A stretch of 64,000 bases of DNA from Azolla caroliniana (GCA_043228905.1 JBHGNT010000011.1:18166001-18230000); one strand, 5' to 3'. Numbered from the stretch's first letter, positions 39,381-53,210 are shown. A program made the numbers and translations. Notes: generated from the letters alone by a model not told the origin.

Positions 39381-42300
39381 AACCTTATCTATGTGTAGAG
39401 GAGATAAGGTTGTCTTTTGGGGCCTACCCCTTCTTGTCATGACCAATGTAGCAAGATAAGGCTGAGTTGGAATTACTCTTTTTCAAAACCTCCGTCCTCC
39501 ATCCTCTACTCTGGAACACCAACTACATTATTGATTGGGCCACTCTAACGTCATCAAAATTCATGAATTTGTAATATCTCGTTGTACATCCCAATACTTC
39601 ATATCGAACCTTTGATTTACTTTACTGTTTTGCTTACTTTTTTTCTTTACTAAAGAATCGTACGATGTTTCAAATTCGAAACCTATTGAGACGTTTTTCC
39701 ACTATCAAGATTTTGCACCAACTTAATCTCTTGTGTTGATTTAAGTTCCAACGTTTTAATCTACAAATTTTCAGTTGGGTTGTGGTTTCAACCAAGGTTG
39801 TCATAAGGCATCTTCTCATTTTGATTTCTGGCAAAACTTAATCTTTAGCTTTGATTTGCATCGACATCGTATCCAAGAGGGAACCATGCCACCAAATGTA
39901 CTATCGTCTCACTGATTGATAATTGTTGACAGCAAACCTAAACATTTAATGCCTCATGGAATTCAAACTCATGCAATGCTATTATAATACTTCTCGACAA
40001 TGATTATAACCAAGCTTAATGCCCACAATAGATATATGTTTTGTCATATTGGAGAAAATTATATCAAATTGGACACAAACAAATTCACAAGACATATTCT
40101 CGCCATGGTCCCTGCATTACTAATTAGGATTGAGATTTTTTGCAAGACAAGGGCGTGAATACCCATCTAGATATGATGGGGGAATGGGGTTGCTAATGGG
40201 TTCATTTTATTTTCTAGATGGTTTTCCAAAATATTGATGATTAGGGCCTAATTTGGCTATCATTTGAGACATACAAGATCCACCTCAATATTAACTAATT
40301 TAGGTTAGTTATCACGTACCTAGGAAAGTCAAGTAGATTCAATGTAATGAAGTTTCGGAGGTGAACGAGTCTCTACATACCAATATGCTATATATCATTA
40401 GTTCATAAACCCCTCACACTTATTCCACCTTAAAACATTTTCTCCATCACTCATGCACGGGAAGTGGGGTAAGTTGCACATGGTAAATTTGTGTATAAAT
40501 TCTTCTTGACCCCACCACATCAATTTCTCCTCCAATTTATCTCATTTCCTAATGGAAAAGAAACAAATCATTAGTTTTATAATGGAGTTTAAAATTCTAC
40601 TATAATATTCTCCCACATTTGAGCCTCTAAATTTTAAATACCTTCCCATTGAAAAAGCTATGACTCGACATTTTGCCAACATATAAGTAATGGATCATGA
40701 TCACTCCTCGGTTTTAGGAATTAAAACAATCCAAGGCACGTTAGTGTTTTGGAATTCTACATTATGTCAACAATTAACCATTTAATAGACTCTTTTCATT
40801 GTACTAGCATCTCAAAGAGAGCAAACTAGGTTTGAAAAGAACAATGACACAATGATTAGATGAGACTAACACTAATATTAGAGATTGCATGGCCTGCATC
40901 CATGAGCTTGGAAAGAGTTCTGCAAGGTATTGTGCCATTCATGGGTTGCGATAACATGATCATTAAAATGTTGAGGTGTCGAGGTGTAGTGTTCCCTTTA
41001 AAGAGGAATTTTGTTTTGAAAACAAGTTGCCAACTTGCTAACGTAGGTATCGTAATTGTCCTAAAAGAAGAGAAGAGAAGAGATTTGGCATGACATGCTT
41101 AAAGTGTTTGTATTGTTTTCTAGAATGTAGTGGAACTTTTGCATATTTTGTCCCCTACATGTGTACATAATTATAGGTTTTTTCCCGAAGGTTTTTATCA
41201 ACTATTTGTTTTCTTCTTTAAGATAGTATTGGGCTTGTAACCAATAATCGGTGATCGTTTTCCCACTCTCCATAATAAGTTACCTTACTTTTCACTTTTA
41301 AAATAAAATAAAATAAAGATTCACCTTGGTATTAATGGAAAGATGCCCAAAGGCATACAACGAATTCATGCAGTAAATTATAACCCTCATACCCACATCA
41401 ACCAACATGTTGAGTATCAAAAGTGCTCATGTCGAGTACCCTACTTTGCACTTTAGTAAGAGATTATTGTTGATACTTTGTTTGTTCATTATACATATAT
41501 CTTTGTAATCCAATTATGTCGTTCGACTACCTAACAATATGACTTCTGAACAATTTTGCAACATTCTTGCTATCGCTTTTAGTGGTTGTATTGGTTCTAC
41601 GGTCTCTCTTGGTTAATTGTAATGTTGTATGGGCTCCATCTATCTTCCATTGTTGCATCTATTTATGTGGATGTGGGTGGTGGTATTTATACTTATACAA
41701 CTTTATGGTTATTTACATACATAGCCCTCATGGGGCACATTTCGACTATTTACAAATATAGTCTGCCGAGTTGGCTATATCCTCGATTTCGGCTTCGGCT
41801 TCGGCCTATCAGCCTCGACCGAGTTACTCATCAACTCGGGTCTTCTCTTCCCATCCGGAGTATTAGAGATCTAAGTACTAAAGTAAGCTTAAGATAAGGA
41901 TAAACAAATGATAGATAGAAAGGAGAAAGAGAAAGAAGGGTGCCGATCCACCCGACCACCCCTGAGCGAAGGGATCGAGACGGACTCGAGCCTCGATCGG
42001 CGTCCCATACCACCACCGTGGCATCGAGTCGTACCTGGTGCTGGCGCGCTCGCTACAGGAGTTGACCCACCACAAGAGCAAAGTCTCAATGTAGTCAAAA
42101 AGATGATGAAATGAGGGTAGTTAGGCCTCTTATTTATAGCGATAACTTAGCGCACTTACCCGTAGACAATGTCTTAGAATTGTGAGGTACACGTAAAAAT
42201 ACCTTCTGTCCAGGTTTGAATACACGAGGTTGCCTATGATGATCTGCATAAAAACGCGCTCTATCTTGAGCTGTTTTTATATTATCTCGTGCAATATGCA

Positions 42301-45300
42301 ACATATCTTGCATATCCCGAAGAAAGTTTTGTGTACTTCGCAACTCATCATGATGTATATTAACATCAATCGGGGCTCGTGGCTGAAAACCATACATCAA
42401 CATAAAAGGACTATATCCCGTCGACGTATGCTTGGAGCTGTTATAAGCAAACTCCAAAATTGGGAGATAACGTTCCCATTTTGTTGGTTTTGCACCAACG
42501 TATGCTCGAAGCATGTCCTCGATAATTTGATTTACTCGTTCTGTCTGTCCATCAGATTGAGGATGATTCGTGGAGCTCATGCTCAACGTAGTTTCTAACT
42601 TCTTAAAGACTTGCGTCCAGAAGTCACTAGTAAACTTTGGATCTCGATCACTCACGATATCCATCGGTAACCCATAAAAACGAAACAATTCGTCAACGAA
42701 TTGGTAAGCCAATTCAGGAGCTGTTACCGTGGTTTTAGTAGCAATAAATCTGGCCATTTTAGTTAGTCGATCAACGACAACCTAGATGGCATCATGACCT
42801 TTTTGGGTGCGAGGAAGGCTAACAATAAAATCCATGGATATACTTTCCCACTTATTATTGGGAATGTCCAAGGGATGTAAAAGTCCTGCGGCTTTAAGTC
42901 GCTCGGCTTTGTTAACCTGACACTGGTGACATTTAGTCACATAGCTATGTATGTCAGGACGCATCTTAGGCCAATAAAATTGAGTGGAGATGAGAACGAG
43001 TGTACGATGTATTCTAGGGTGCCCTGCTGAGGGTGCATCATGGCATTAAAAAAGAATCCTCTTTTTGACCTCGGGTAAATCTGGAACACAAACCTTCCCA
43101 TTACGATAGAGTAAACCGTTAGCAATGTGGAAGTATTCCTTCGAGGATGTGGTGATGTCTGTTCCAGACTCAACTCTTGCCCAGTATTTTGCAAAATAAT
43201 TGTCATCAGGATACTTTCCTCGAAGGTGATCATAAAGATCTGATGTTATTTCAGTGAAGCTAAGCATGTTAACTTCACGGATGCGACTTAGTGCATCAAC
43301 GACAGTGTTCATGGAACCTTTACGATATTGTATGGAAAAATCAAAGTCCTGGATGAGATCAGCCCATCGTGCCTTACGACCTTTCAGGTCTTGTTGGTCA
43401 CAAAAATATTTCAAGGACTCGTGGTCCGTAGTTACCACAAAGCGATTTCCATAAAGATAATGGCGCCATGTTTTGAGCGCATGTATAACTGCAAATAATT
43501 CCTTTTCTTGAACGATATACCGACATTGAGCAGAATCAAGTTTCTTACTCTCGAATGCTATTGGTTTACCATCTTGATACAAGACAACACCTATCGCATA
43601 ATCGCTTGCATCAGTTTCAACCTCAAAAGGTTTTGAAGGATCAGGTAAAAGAAGTGAAGGAGCCTTGCAAACCAGGTCCTTGAGTTCCTTAAAGGCGAGG
43701 TCTAGTGTAGCATTCCACACAATAGGTTTTGTAGACTTACGCATTTGACCTTTTAAAAGATCAGTAAACGACGTCGTTAATTGGGAGTAATTACGAAGAG
43801 ACTTTCGCAAAAACCCGACAAAACCAAGGAATGATCGAACTTCTCGAATATTCCGAAGAGTGGGCCAAAGCTTGATTTTCTCAATGCGAGAAGGATCAAT
43901 TTCAACTCCTCGTTCGGTTATGAAATGTCCAAGATAAGTAATTGATTTCTTGAAGAACTCACATTTTGAGATCTTTGCATAAAACTGTTTGTCACACAAT
44001 GTTTGTAAAACAAAGCGGACATGTCTCTAAGCATGTTCTTGTAATGTACAACTATAAACTAAAATATCATCCAAGAAAATAACGACAAATTTTCCAAGTT
44101 GTTCTCGGAAAATGTCATTCATTTCTTGTTGAAAAGTAGCCGGAGCATTGGTCAAACCAAAAGGCATAACCAAAAACTCGTAATGACCATAGCGCGTACG
44201 AAATGCCGTTTTAGGAACATCGTCCTCACTTATTTGTATTTGATGGTAGCCAGTACGGAGATCAAGTTTCGTAAAATACCGAGCTCCTTGGAGACGGTCA
44301 ATTAGATCGTCAGCCCGGGGCAATGGGTACGAATTCTTGATCGTCACTTTATTCAAGCGTCGGTAATTAATACACATACGCCATGTGCCCTCTTTCTTTA
44401 TAACCAAGAGAACTGGTGCACCCCATGGAGATTTACTATAACGTATATAACCCATTCGTAAATATTCCTTGAGTTGCTTAGATACCTCATCTTCTTCGGA
44501 TCGACTTAAGCGATACGGAGGTATAGTTATTGGTGCAACAACAGGTACAATATCTATACGATGGTCTATATTACGTTTAGGAGGTAACCCATCAGGTAGT
44601 TCACTTGGAAAAACATCATGAAAATCATTTAAGATTTCATCAAGTTGTTGTTGTTCAAAATATGTTAATTGAACCGGGACATTATCGATATTGTAAACTT
44701 GAATGTCCGGATCAAGTACACAATAAAATAACGTAGAACAAGACAACTCGGATATTGATGGACACGAGGAAACAATCGAGAGGGATTGTTTTTTTACACA
44801 TTGAATAAAATGCGTACAATCGTTCAGTACAAAAGAAATGGAATGGCGAACCCAATCAATAAATAAAGAAGAGTTTTTATTATAAAACCAGGGATAACGC
44901 AGTATTACATCAGTGGTACAAAGATTCATTACATGGAAGTCTACTTCCTCTATATAAGTATCAATAGAAATTCCTAATGAATGAATCGCCCCGTTGATGT
45001 ATTGTACTCTTCCATCAGCCAAGTGCACTGTGTAGGTGTGATCACTTACGGTGGGTTGGATTCCCCATATCTGAACCAAACGATCATTCACAAAATTGTG
45101 TGAGCTTCGCGAATCAAATAAAAATTGTACGGGAGATCCATTGATATACCCGTTTGCACGTAGTAAATCATTGGGACCCAATACATAGTGAGGGAAAGAA
45201 CATTGACAATTACTTAAATGATGTGTATAGACCTGAAGGACATTAGGAATCTGACCTTTATGGTCTGTAGCTTTAGCTTTGTTGTCGTGCTCTTTCCGTT

Positions 45301-47360
45301 GGAGATTTCGACATTGATATTTTGTATGACCCTTCTTTTTGCAGAATACGCAAAAAGGATGTTGTCGCTTACAATCGCGATCCAGGAATTCGTTGGGTGT
45401 CTTGCGTTTCCCAACAAATTGCGACTGCTTAGTCCCGGGCGCTTCGTTGGGTTTGTTGTGGCCCTTCTTCGAAGTGCGTTGATAGCGAAGATCTATTTCA
45501 ACGGCCTCTTCGAAGGATTTTGGATCCTTATCGTGCACTATCCAGTGATAGTTCGAATTGGGGATGCCATTGACAAAACAAGCTATCAACCAATTGTCCC
45601 CTTCTAGACCCGATTTTTGGATTTGGGTTCTAGCATGGTGAACATAGTCTTCTAGCAAGGAAAATTTCCTGCTAGAGAGGTTCATTAAAGCTTGTGCTGC
45701 CTCGGTTCGAGAGGGAGGTTGCAGAAATTGGCCCTTAAAAACCGTGACAAAATCTGTCCAGGTATCGGGCAATTTCCCCATAGTACGGAGCCCACGCCAC
45801 CAGGCAGCGGCCTTACCCCCGAGTTCTCGGCCGACATATGCAATCTTCGTACTATCTGGCGTGGGATAGAGCTCAAAATGAGACTCCCATCGTCCCAGCC
45901 ATGTGCAGATTGCTTCTTCGATTCTTTCCTTTTTGTCTCCCGCAAATGGCTTAACGACAAATGATGGTTCACCTTGTCGCTCATCAGGTCTATTAGTCTC
46001 ACGTTGTAGACTAATGACACGTGTCTCAAGAGCACTCTGAGATTGCCGAAGTTCGGTCATTTGTTGAGCGGTGAAACTAAGGTATTGGGTTATTTGTGCC
46101 AAATACATCTCAGTGGACATTTGTCCAGGAGGATTCCCTTGAGTTCCTTCCGCTTGAGCGGATGACATCGGATCGTTAATTTGAGCCATTAAAGATTATT
46201 TCTGGAAAAGAAATAGGATAAGGTCAGAGAGATAGTCATAACATCATGTCGTGATGTAAACATATCATGGGCAAACATTAATCGATATCATGATCTCACG
46301 TCAATACCCCTCTAGACGTATGAGATGAGGTTCAAGATCAGGTTACTATAGTAACACAAAGGTGTTTTAAAAACCATGGGGGTGACAAATAAATGTCTTT
46401 CCCTGATCTCTATATCGATTTTTTCATGGTGGCTCCCTGAGGCTCAACCATGTATGTTCGCGTCATGAATAGTTTATACACGAAAAAAATGTAAACAATA
46501 AACTATGTTTCGGTGCCCACATATGTGGTTTCGGCTCTTTAAGTCCTATTACGAGGACCCCGAGGTGCACTTAGACCTTAAGTCTAAACATGTGTTATAG
46601 TCATATGTATCAAGGATGTTGTATGGTCTTGGTCATATTTGAACTCGAGACCTCGAGAACAAATACATTAAACACTTGAACCAACCAAGTAAGTTGCTCG
46701 TCTTGAATGCTTAATGTTTGATGTGTATAAGAGATATGCGAGATCATATTTGCTTTTTCTAAAAGAACATATATGTCAAGGGTCCTTATTTCGCCCTCAT
46801 TTACCAAAACTATGTTGGAATGTTACCTAACCTCAAGTCTCGTAATTACGATGGCATACGCCAAAGTGCAACCTAATTGTCAAGCCAAATGAGCCCTCGT
46901 TTCGTAGTAGGCTCACGTGGCCCATCACATGGTCACGTCATTACGAATGCCTCTCGTAAGAACGAGCTCATGGTGGCATCGTATCCATGTAACGAGGGAG
47001 GGATGTTGGATACGTGTGTCATTGGAGCGACCTCACTTGAAATGGGTCAAGCCCTACGTACTCAACATCATTATGGCTATAGGTGTTTCTTTACGTAACG
47101 AAATCGAGGTCATCAACAGGGTTGTCAACAATAAAAAATTGTTGAAAAAGGGATGGTGACAACGCCATTCTCACAAAAATGTGAGGACGGCCACCAACAT
47201 CCTTTTCCTGACAAGGACAACTTTCGATATAATCACGTAATAACGAATATACACATATGTTTACTTATCACATATATACGACCAAATACGTATATACGTG
47301 ACCACATATGCCTATATTAACATATCGTTATATTAAATAGCCACAAATGATGTGATCGAG

Positions 47361-47620
47361 ATACGTAATCGAGGTATATACCTCTACGCACACGAAACAT
47401 CCACAAATAAGAGATCATCGTAATACGCAATTGAGGTATTGACCTCTTACGCATACGAGACCAACCGCATATCGTTTACAACAAATCAAGGTATTAAACT
47501 CATACGCAAACGTAACATATGTTCGTGAACGTAATACGTAATTGAGGTATTAACCTCGTACGCAAACGTCACTCATCACATATTATTAATATGTCAAACG
47601 AGGTATTGACCTCGTGCACA
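47361..47620 (-). repeat. Array of five palindromic GAGGT-N4-ACCTC units in the retrotransposon leader
   Basis: Cores at 47371, 47433, 47488 (degenerate), 47544 and 47600, spaced 55-62 bp apart. Confidence 0.75.
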
Positions 47621-48269
47621 TATGTAAACGTTTTAGATAATCAATTAAAGACCACTACAACATCATTGACTTAATGAAAAAAAATGACATATAAACTAAA
47701 CACATGATTAGATGGGAGAAGAGGGAATAGAAAGAAAAATTATGGAAAGAGTTACCGAAGTTCTTTGTTGATCATTGTCTGGATCAAGGCCGATCGCACA
47801 ACGATCGATTAGCATCAATCAAAAGACAAATGAAAAACAAAGAAACATTAGTACATAAATCTGATACCAAATATTAGAGATCTAAGTACTAAAGTAAGCT
47901 TAAGATAAGGATAAACAAATGATAAATAGAAAGGAGAAAGAGAAAGAAGGGTGTTGATCCACCCGACCACCCCCGAGCGAAGGGATTGAGACGGACTCGA
48001 GCCTCGATCGGCGTCCCATACCACCGTCGTGGTGTCGAGTCGTACCTGGTGCTGGCGCGCTCGCTATAGGAGTTGACTCACCACAAGAGCAGAGTCTCGA
48101 TGTAGTCAAAAAGATGATGAAATGAGGGTAGCTAGGCCTCTTATTTATAGCGATACCCAAGGCCCCTAGGCAAATTCACACTTTACCTAATGGGTTGTCT
48201 CAATCCCGAGGATTAAAAGTAATCCTCCCCTTCTTTACACTCTCCTTTAACCCTCACACTTATCCACGT

Positions 48270-48815
48270 TGTCGCGTTGCTACGCGCGTGCGTGGAGAAA
48301 CGAGGCGGGACCACCGGGGTCTCGAACCGAAGAGCAGGTGATAGGAGGGGAAAGAGAAAGAGAGAGACGACCGGTTACGTGTGAGCAAAGAAACACAGGG
48401 GCACGCCCCGTCAGCGCAGAAAAACACGAATGGACACAGAGACAGAGAGACACGAATGTTTGTATATTAACAGATGACACCAAAAACAACAGAGCACGCG
48501 AGTGGTTACAACCAAACAGGCCGGCGAACAGATGCCGATGCCTGTTCGTCTGCGCACGAAAGGGGATAGGATGGAGGTGCTGCCGGAAGCACACGGGCGT
48601 TCCTCGAAGCAGCGCGAGCCTCCCGAAAACCTGTAGAGAAGAGCAACAGAGAACAGACAGAGGGGAAGCGTTCGGTTACGGTCCGACAGCACTTCGTCCT
48701 CCTCAATGCGTCAAGAAGGGAGCCGTCTCCCTCCTTTACTTCCTACCTACCGAATCTAACTACCCGGATATGCCTTTGTACTTAATTCCCTATTATATAC
48801 ATTAAATTCACGACA
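48270..48815 (-). mobile_element. Solo LTR related to the Trp-primed gypsy family
   Basis: TGTCG..CACGACA ends and 4-bp TSD ACGT (48266-69 and 48816-19). Shares the blocks 'ccggcgaacagatgccgatgcctgttcg' and 'ggaggtgctgccggaagcac' with the 27499 LTR. Confidence 0.9.
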
Positions 48816-50198
48816 ACGTGTATAGAATACTACGGTAAATTCTCACCACGGGATATTATATGGTCATGCCCGTAACACGGAGGGACCTGTTTCCCAACAA
48901 ATCATATGTCGGCTTTGTAGCCAACCTAATTGGAATTGGTGTACCCTTCGAGTCGAATCGGTGTGACCGATTTGTAGAGGATGTCGTAATCCATGGTCCC
49001 ACTCACATACCTTAGTAGTCGCTTAACACAATCGTGATGAATGGCACATAGAGTCTGCATGAACTAGTTAAGGAGGCCGACAGAGTAATTGAGATCAGGT
49101 TGGGTAACAGTGAGATAAATAAGGCTTCCAACTACTTGACAATACGCAGGGACTCGACATCTAGCTTTAGGTTTCATTCGAGAGGGGTAGCGAGGCTCAC
49201 ACTTTGTCATCCCAAATTGAAAGAACATATTGAGGATATAGTGTCGTTGGGAGATCATGATGCCGCCAAGAGTCCGAATTACTTCTATGCAGAGGAAGTA
49301 ATGTCACTCCTCCATCTCTTTCATTTCGAATTGTCTGGAGAGTAGTTGTTTGATATGTTCGATATTTGCTAAGTGCTCTCCTCCAATGACCAAGTCATCC
49401 ACATATATTATGATGAATAGCTGTCCTCTAGGGTCGTTCCGGATGAAAAGAGAATCATTCACATATATTATGATGAATAGCTATCCTCTAGAGTTGTTCC
49501 GGATGAAAAGAGAATCATCCACATATATTATGATGAATAGCTTTCATGCTTTCTGGAGTCATTATGACATTTTAAAGCTGATTTGATGAAGATATTGGAT
49601 AATCTTTGAATGCCAGGCTCTAGGTGCCTACTTGAGGCCATAGAGAGGCTTTTTGAGTCGGCAAACAGCAGTTGGATGCGTACGCGACTTGAATTCAGGT
49701 GGTTGTACCATGTACACATCCTCATCTAATTCGCCTTGGAGAAAGGCATTCTTGAAGTCCATCTAATGGAGGTGCCACCCATTTGCTACTGCAAGCGGAA
49801 TCACGATTCGAATGGTAGTCATCTTTGCCACCGGGGCAAAGGTCTCTTCGTAATCGACCCCGTGTGTTTGCGCATACCCTTTTGCCACAAGCGGGGTCTT
49901 CTACTAATTGGTGGTGGCTTCGGCATTGTGCTTCACCTTGTATATCCATCGACATTTGATTGTCTTTTGATGGGGTGAAGAGGGGATGAGATCCCATGTC
50001 TCGTTCCTGGAGAGTGCTTGCATCTCCTCATTCATCGCTTCGACCCATCGTGGGTCCTTCATGGCTACGGAAAAATTTTCCGGCTCTCGGACTGTCGCCA
50101 CCTTCATCATAAAGGCATAATGAAATGCTATATAGTCATTGTAGCCGAATCGACTAATTACATTCTTTTCTCGGATGGAGCGACATGGTTGTTCACTT

Positions 50199-51018
50199 TG
50201 TTGGGAGACAGGTCCCTCCGGATGGGAAGGGAGAAGAACAGTGCTGATGAACATACTCGGCCGAGACCGAAACCGTGTGAGGAGTACCCAGCTACGGAGA
50301 GCTGGATGGTGCAGACCCGGTGAGAACCGGATGAGGAGTACCCGGCTACGGAGAGCCGGATGGTGCAGACCCGGTGAGAACCGGATGAGGAGTACCCGGC
50401 TACAGAGAGCCGGATGGTGCAGACTCGGTGAGAACTGGATGAGGAGTACCCGGCTTCAGAGAGCCGGATGGTGCAGACCCGGTGAGAACCGGATGAGGAG
50501 TACCCGGCTACGGAGAGCTGGATGGTGCAGACCCGGTGAGGAGTGCTCACCGGATGAAGAGACATATTCGTAAATATGTTTCTGAGAGTCCATCATGGCT
50601 ATATTTGTAAATAGCCGAAAAGTCATATTAGTATAAATATGACTTAGGGCAAACTTTTAGTGGTTTTTTTTAGGTTGTTAATTCTTGTTGGTGCAAGAAG
50701 AGAGAGCGCGTAACAGTGTACAGAGAGTGAGAGAGAGAGGAAGAGGTCGTTGCCTCTGTTGTAACCGCCGCCTGTGGCGAAGGTCGTGAGCGCGAGGTCG
50801 TTGCCTTCGTGAGCTCACTATTGTAATCATTGTGATATAGTGATAGTTTGGAGTCTGTGGACTCCCGTGGTTTTTCCCTCTCAGGGTTTTCCACGTTAAA
50901 CATCCTGCATTTTTTTTTCTCTCCTTTGTGTCGTGTTTTTCGCTTCCCGTTTTCTGGGTATGATTCTAAGCTCGGTTGTGGCCGAGCGTTGCGTATAGGG
51001 AGCGTGCAGTTCCTGTCA
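50199..51018 (+). mobile_element. Solo LTR (copia-like), 820 bp
   Basis: TG..CA ends; TSD CACTT at 50194-98 and 51019-23; TATAAAT at ~50632; 'gggttttccacgtta' U5-type motif. Confidence 0.9.
50279..50543. repeat. 54-bp tandem repeat, ~5 copies, within the solo-LTR U3
   Basis: Unit gaggagtacccggctacggagagccggatggtgcagacccggtgagaaccggat at 50279, 50333, 50387, 50441 and 50495. Confidence 0.95.
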
Positions 51019-53210
51019 CACTTGTCTTCATGAACGCTTTCTTGGCTCCTGGTGTCCTCATGATAGGAACATCCAATCCACCATACTCATTGTCGAGCGA
51101 GTGAGCCGATTTGTTTCCATCTTAGTCTTCATGCTCAGGCATTTTGGCCTCTCCTTTGTCCGATTTTAGACTTGGCCGCGACATGCTGCGATTGCTCGGT
51201 GGCTTCTGTGGTCCACTCAATTTGGTTGAGATCGGACTTTCCTTTGGCGTGAGCTTTAGTCCTCCGAGGCTATATTGAAGTCTGTTTCGATTGGATCAAA
51301 TGGAGTTGGGCCGAATAAGACATCCCTACTCATGCATACCTTCTTGATGGAGGGGTTGAAGCACTTATACCCCTTTTGTTTGAGTGAAGACCCCAATGAT
51401 ACACTTCTCCAATTTTGGATCAAGCTTTTGCCGCTTTTCATCGGGAATGTGTACAAACGCGATCAACAGAATATCATGACGTGGGATAGATCCGACTTCT
51501 TCCCATAGAACTTCTCGCGGGGGGTGATATTGTGCACCACAGATGTTGTGCATCAATTCATCAAATAGACGATCGTGTTCACCTCTTCAGCACGGTATGA
51601 TTTTGGCAGAATTTTCTCATTCATCATTACCCTTGCCGCCTCAAGGATATGCCAATCTCCTTCTCGGTAAAGGTTGGGAGTTCAATGACGACTCCTTTCG
51701 ATTGCATTCCTTTGAGCTTCTAGAGATTAATGTGGCCAATTCTTTTGTGTCATAGCTCTATGTCGGCATTGGCTTTATGGCCCTTGGCAAACATTGTTGT
51801 TTTCATCTCGTGAGAATCAAGAATGAACATTCGGCCTTCTCTTTGTCCACGATCGATAATTCAACATTCTTTTTCGATGAAGCACCCTTTGTTGTTGAAC
51901 CGAACTTGCATGCCTTGTTCCACAATCTGGCCGACCGAGACCAGATTCTTTGTTATTGTTGGAACATGCAGGATGTTCTTGATGTAGGTTTGGTTGCTCT
52001 CTTCTCCAAATGGGACATTGTCGACATGCTGAATGGGGTGAATTGTGTCATCCCATGTTTCCACATAGTTGGGTCGTTCGGGCTTTTGAAGCTCTCGAAA
52101 CCAATCTTTATGAAACGTCATGTGATTGGATGCACCTAATTGGACAAACCTTACATCTTTTGAGTTAGAGGTGTTGGTTGGGTTGGAGGTCGACATTGAG
52201 TTCGCTCTGTGCCTAATTACAAACATTCCGCCACGATCGTCTTAGTTGGAGTTTGAGGCATAGTTGGTGAGTTGTTGGCCTGTGGAGGCCGACTCACTCT
52301 TCTTTTTGAGATACTCTGCATCGTAGTGGCCGAATTTGCCACAATACCCGCACTAGGCGGAATTGTTTTGTCGGTTTAGTCCGGCATGATTGCTCCCCCT
52401 TCTACTAAACGCTCTGCCTCACGCGTTTGAAACGTCTTGCCGATAGTACAAGTTGTGTTCTTGGGGTTGTTCTTGGTTGTGTCAGCCTTGGCCAAATCAA
52501 CCTCTTCTTCCACGACTTTGTCCCCTTCCTCTATCCAAGTTTGAATTGAGCATTGTAGAAAGTAGCGTGCGGAAGCAAGTATGAAGACAGAACAGAGGAA
52601 GGAAACTCAGGTTCAATGGAGAGCTTAGGCTTACACGGTATACGCGGGAGAGACAGAGAGAGAAACACAAAAAACTATATTCAACAATAATACTCAATCT
52701 CTGTACATAAGACATGCTCAGTGAGCACTTTTATACAAGTCCTAGAAGGACTGACCGAAGTACTGACAGTACTTCAATGCTCATCAAGAGCCCCTACACT
52801 AACTCCCAAATATATTCCTCACGGAATATCTTTCCTAACGACCTCCCGGTTTATGTACTCGGCCTAACCGATCGGTCCCAACCGATCCGGTCCTCGGCTT
52901 CTTTGTTAACTCTTAGGGCCGGACAATGTCCTAACACAGGGTGTCTACGGAAGACACTTCCCCAAAGGGTGTTACGGCAACCGGATTAGACTTCAACGCT
53001 TAATCCTACTTGATTAAGTTACTTATTATGATCGTCTTTCAATATAACAATTAAGACAGAATGGCAATTAACACAGAGAGATAACAACGCTTAAGCTTTC
53101 ATTAATTAACCGCTCCTGATTACATTGTATCCGGACTCCTTTGCCGGCCAGTAACACATGGCACGCCCGTGGGACAGTACCTTGTACGTCGAATCCACAA
53201 CCGACCCTTG

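Larger units (their letters stand above)
41861..48877 (-). mobile_element. Ty3/gypsy (chromovirus-like) LTR retrotransposon with iMet PBS and a deletion at its 3' end
   Basis: TSD CGGAG at 41856-60 and 48878-82. The 5' LTR (47872-48877) carries a solo-LTR insertion; PBS TGGTATCAGA at 47869-47860. The 3' LTR is reduced to 41861-42144 and fused directly to integrase. gag-PR-RT (44027-46189; [18 protein letters not shown]), RH (ETDASDYAIG) and INT (ISMDF, SDRD, QSDGQTER) carry in-frame stops. Confidence 0.93.
41739..48899 (-). mobile_element. Truncated LTR fragment related to the 50199-51018 solo LTR, split by the gypsy insertion
   Basis: Joining across the TSD gives ttctcttcccatccggagggacctgtttcccaaca, the reverse complement of the start of the 50199 LTR. 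'tttcgactatttacaaatatag' (41739) also matches that LTR. Confidence 0.7.
48900..52553 (-). mobile_element. Degenerate Ty1/copia internal region (copy 2, same family as 25480-35920)
   Basis: Contains the gag end, PR (ASNHMT), integrase with its core deleted, and RT (MMKVATVREPENF..WVEAMNEE..TWDLI..CRWIYKVK; VGSLIYLTVTQPDL). Blocks are near-identical to copy 1 in inverted orientation. An internal 60-bp tandem duplication lies at ~49395-49545. Confidence 0.88.

Noticed and set aside
47361-47620. CRISPR array
   Set aside because: Eukaryotic retrotransposon context, degenerate repeats, partly related spacers and no cas genes. Kept as a hairpin array instead.
50158-50573. Repeat proteins with an 18-aa unit
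   Set aside because: A by-product of the 54-bp LTR tandem repeat.
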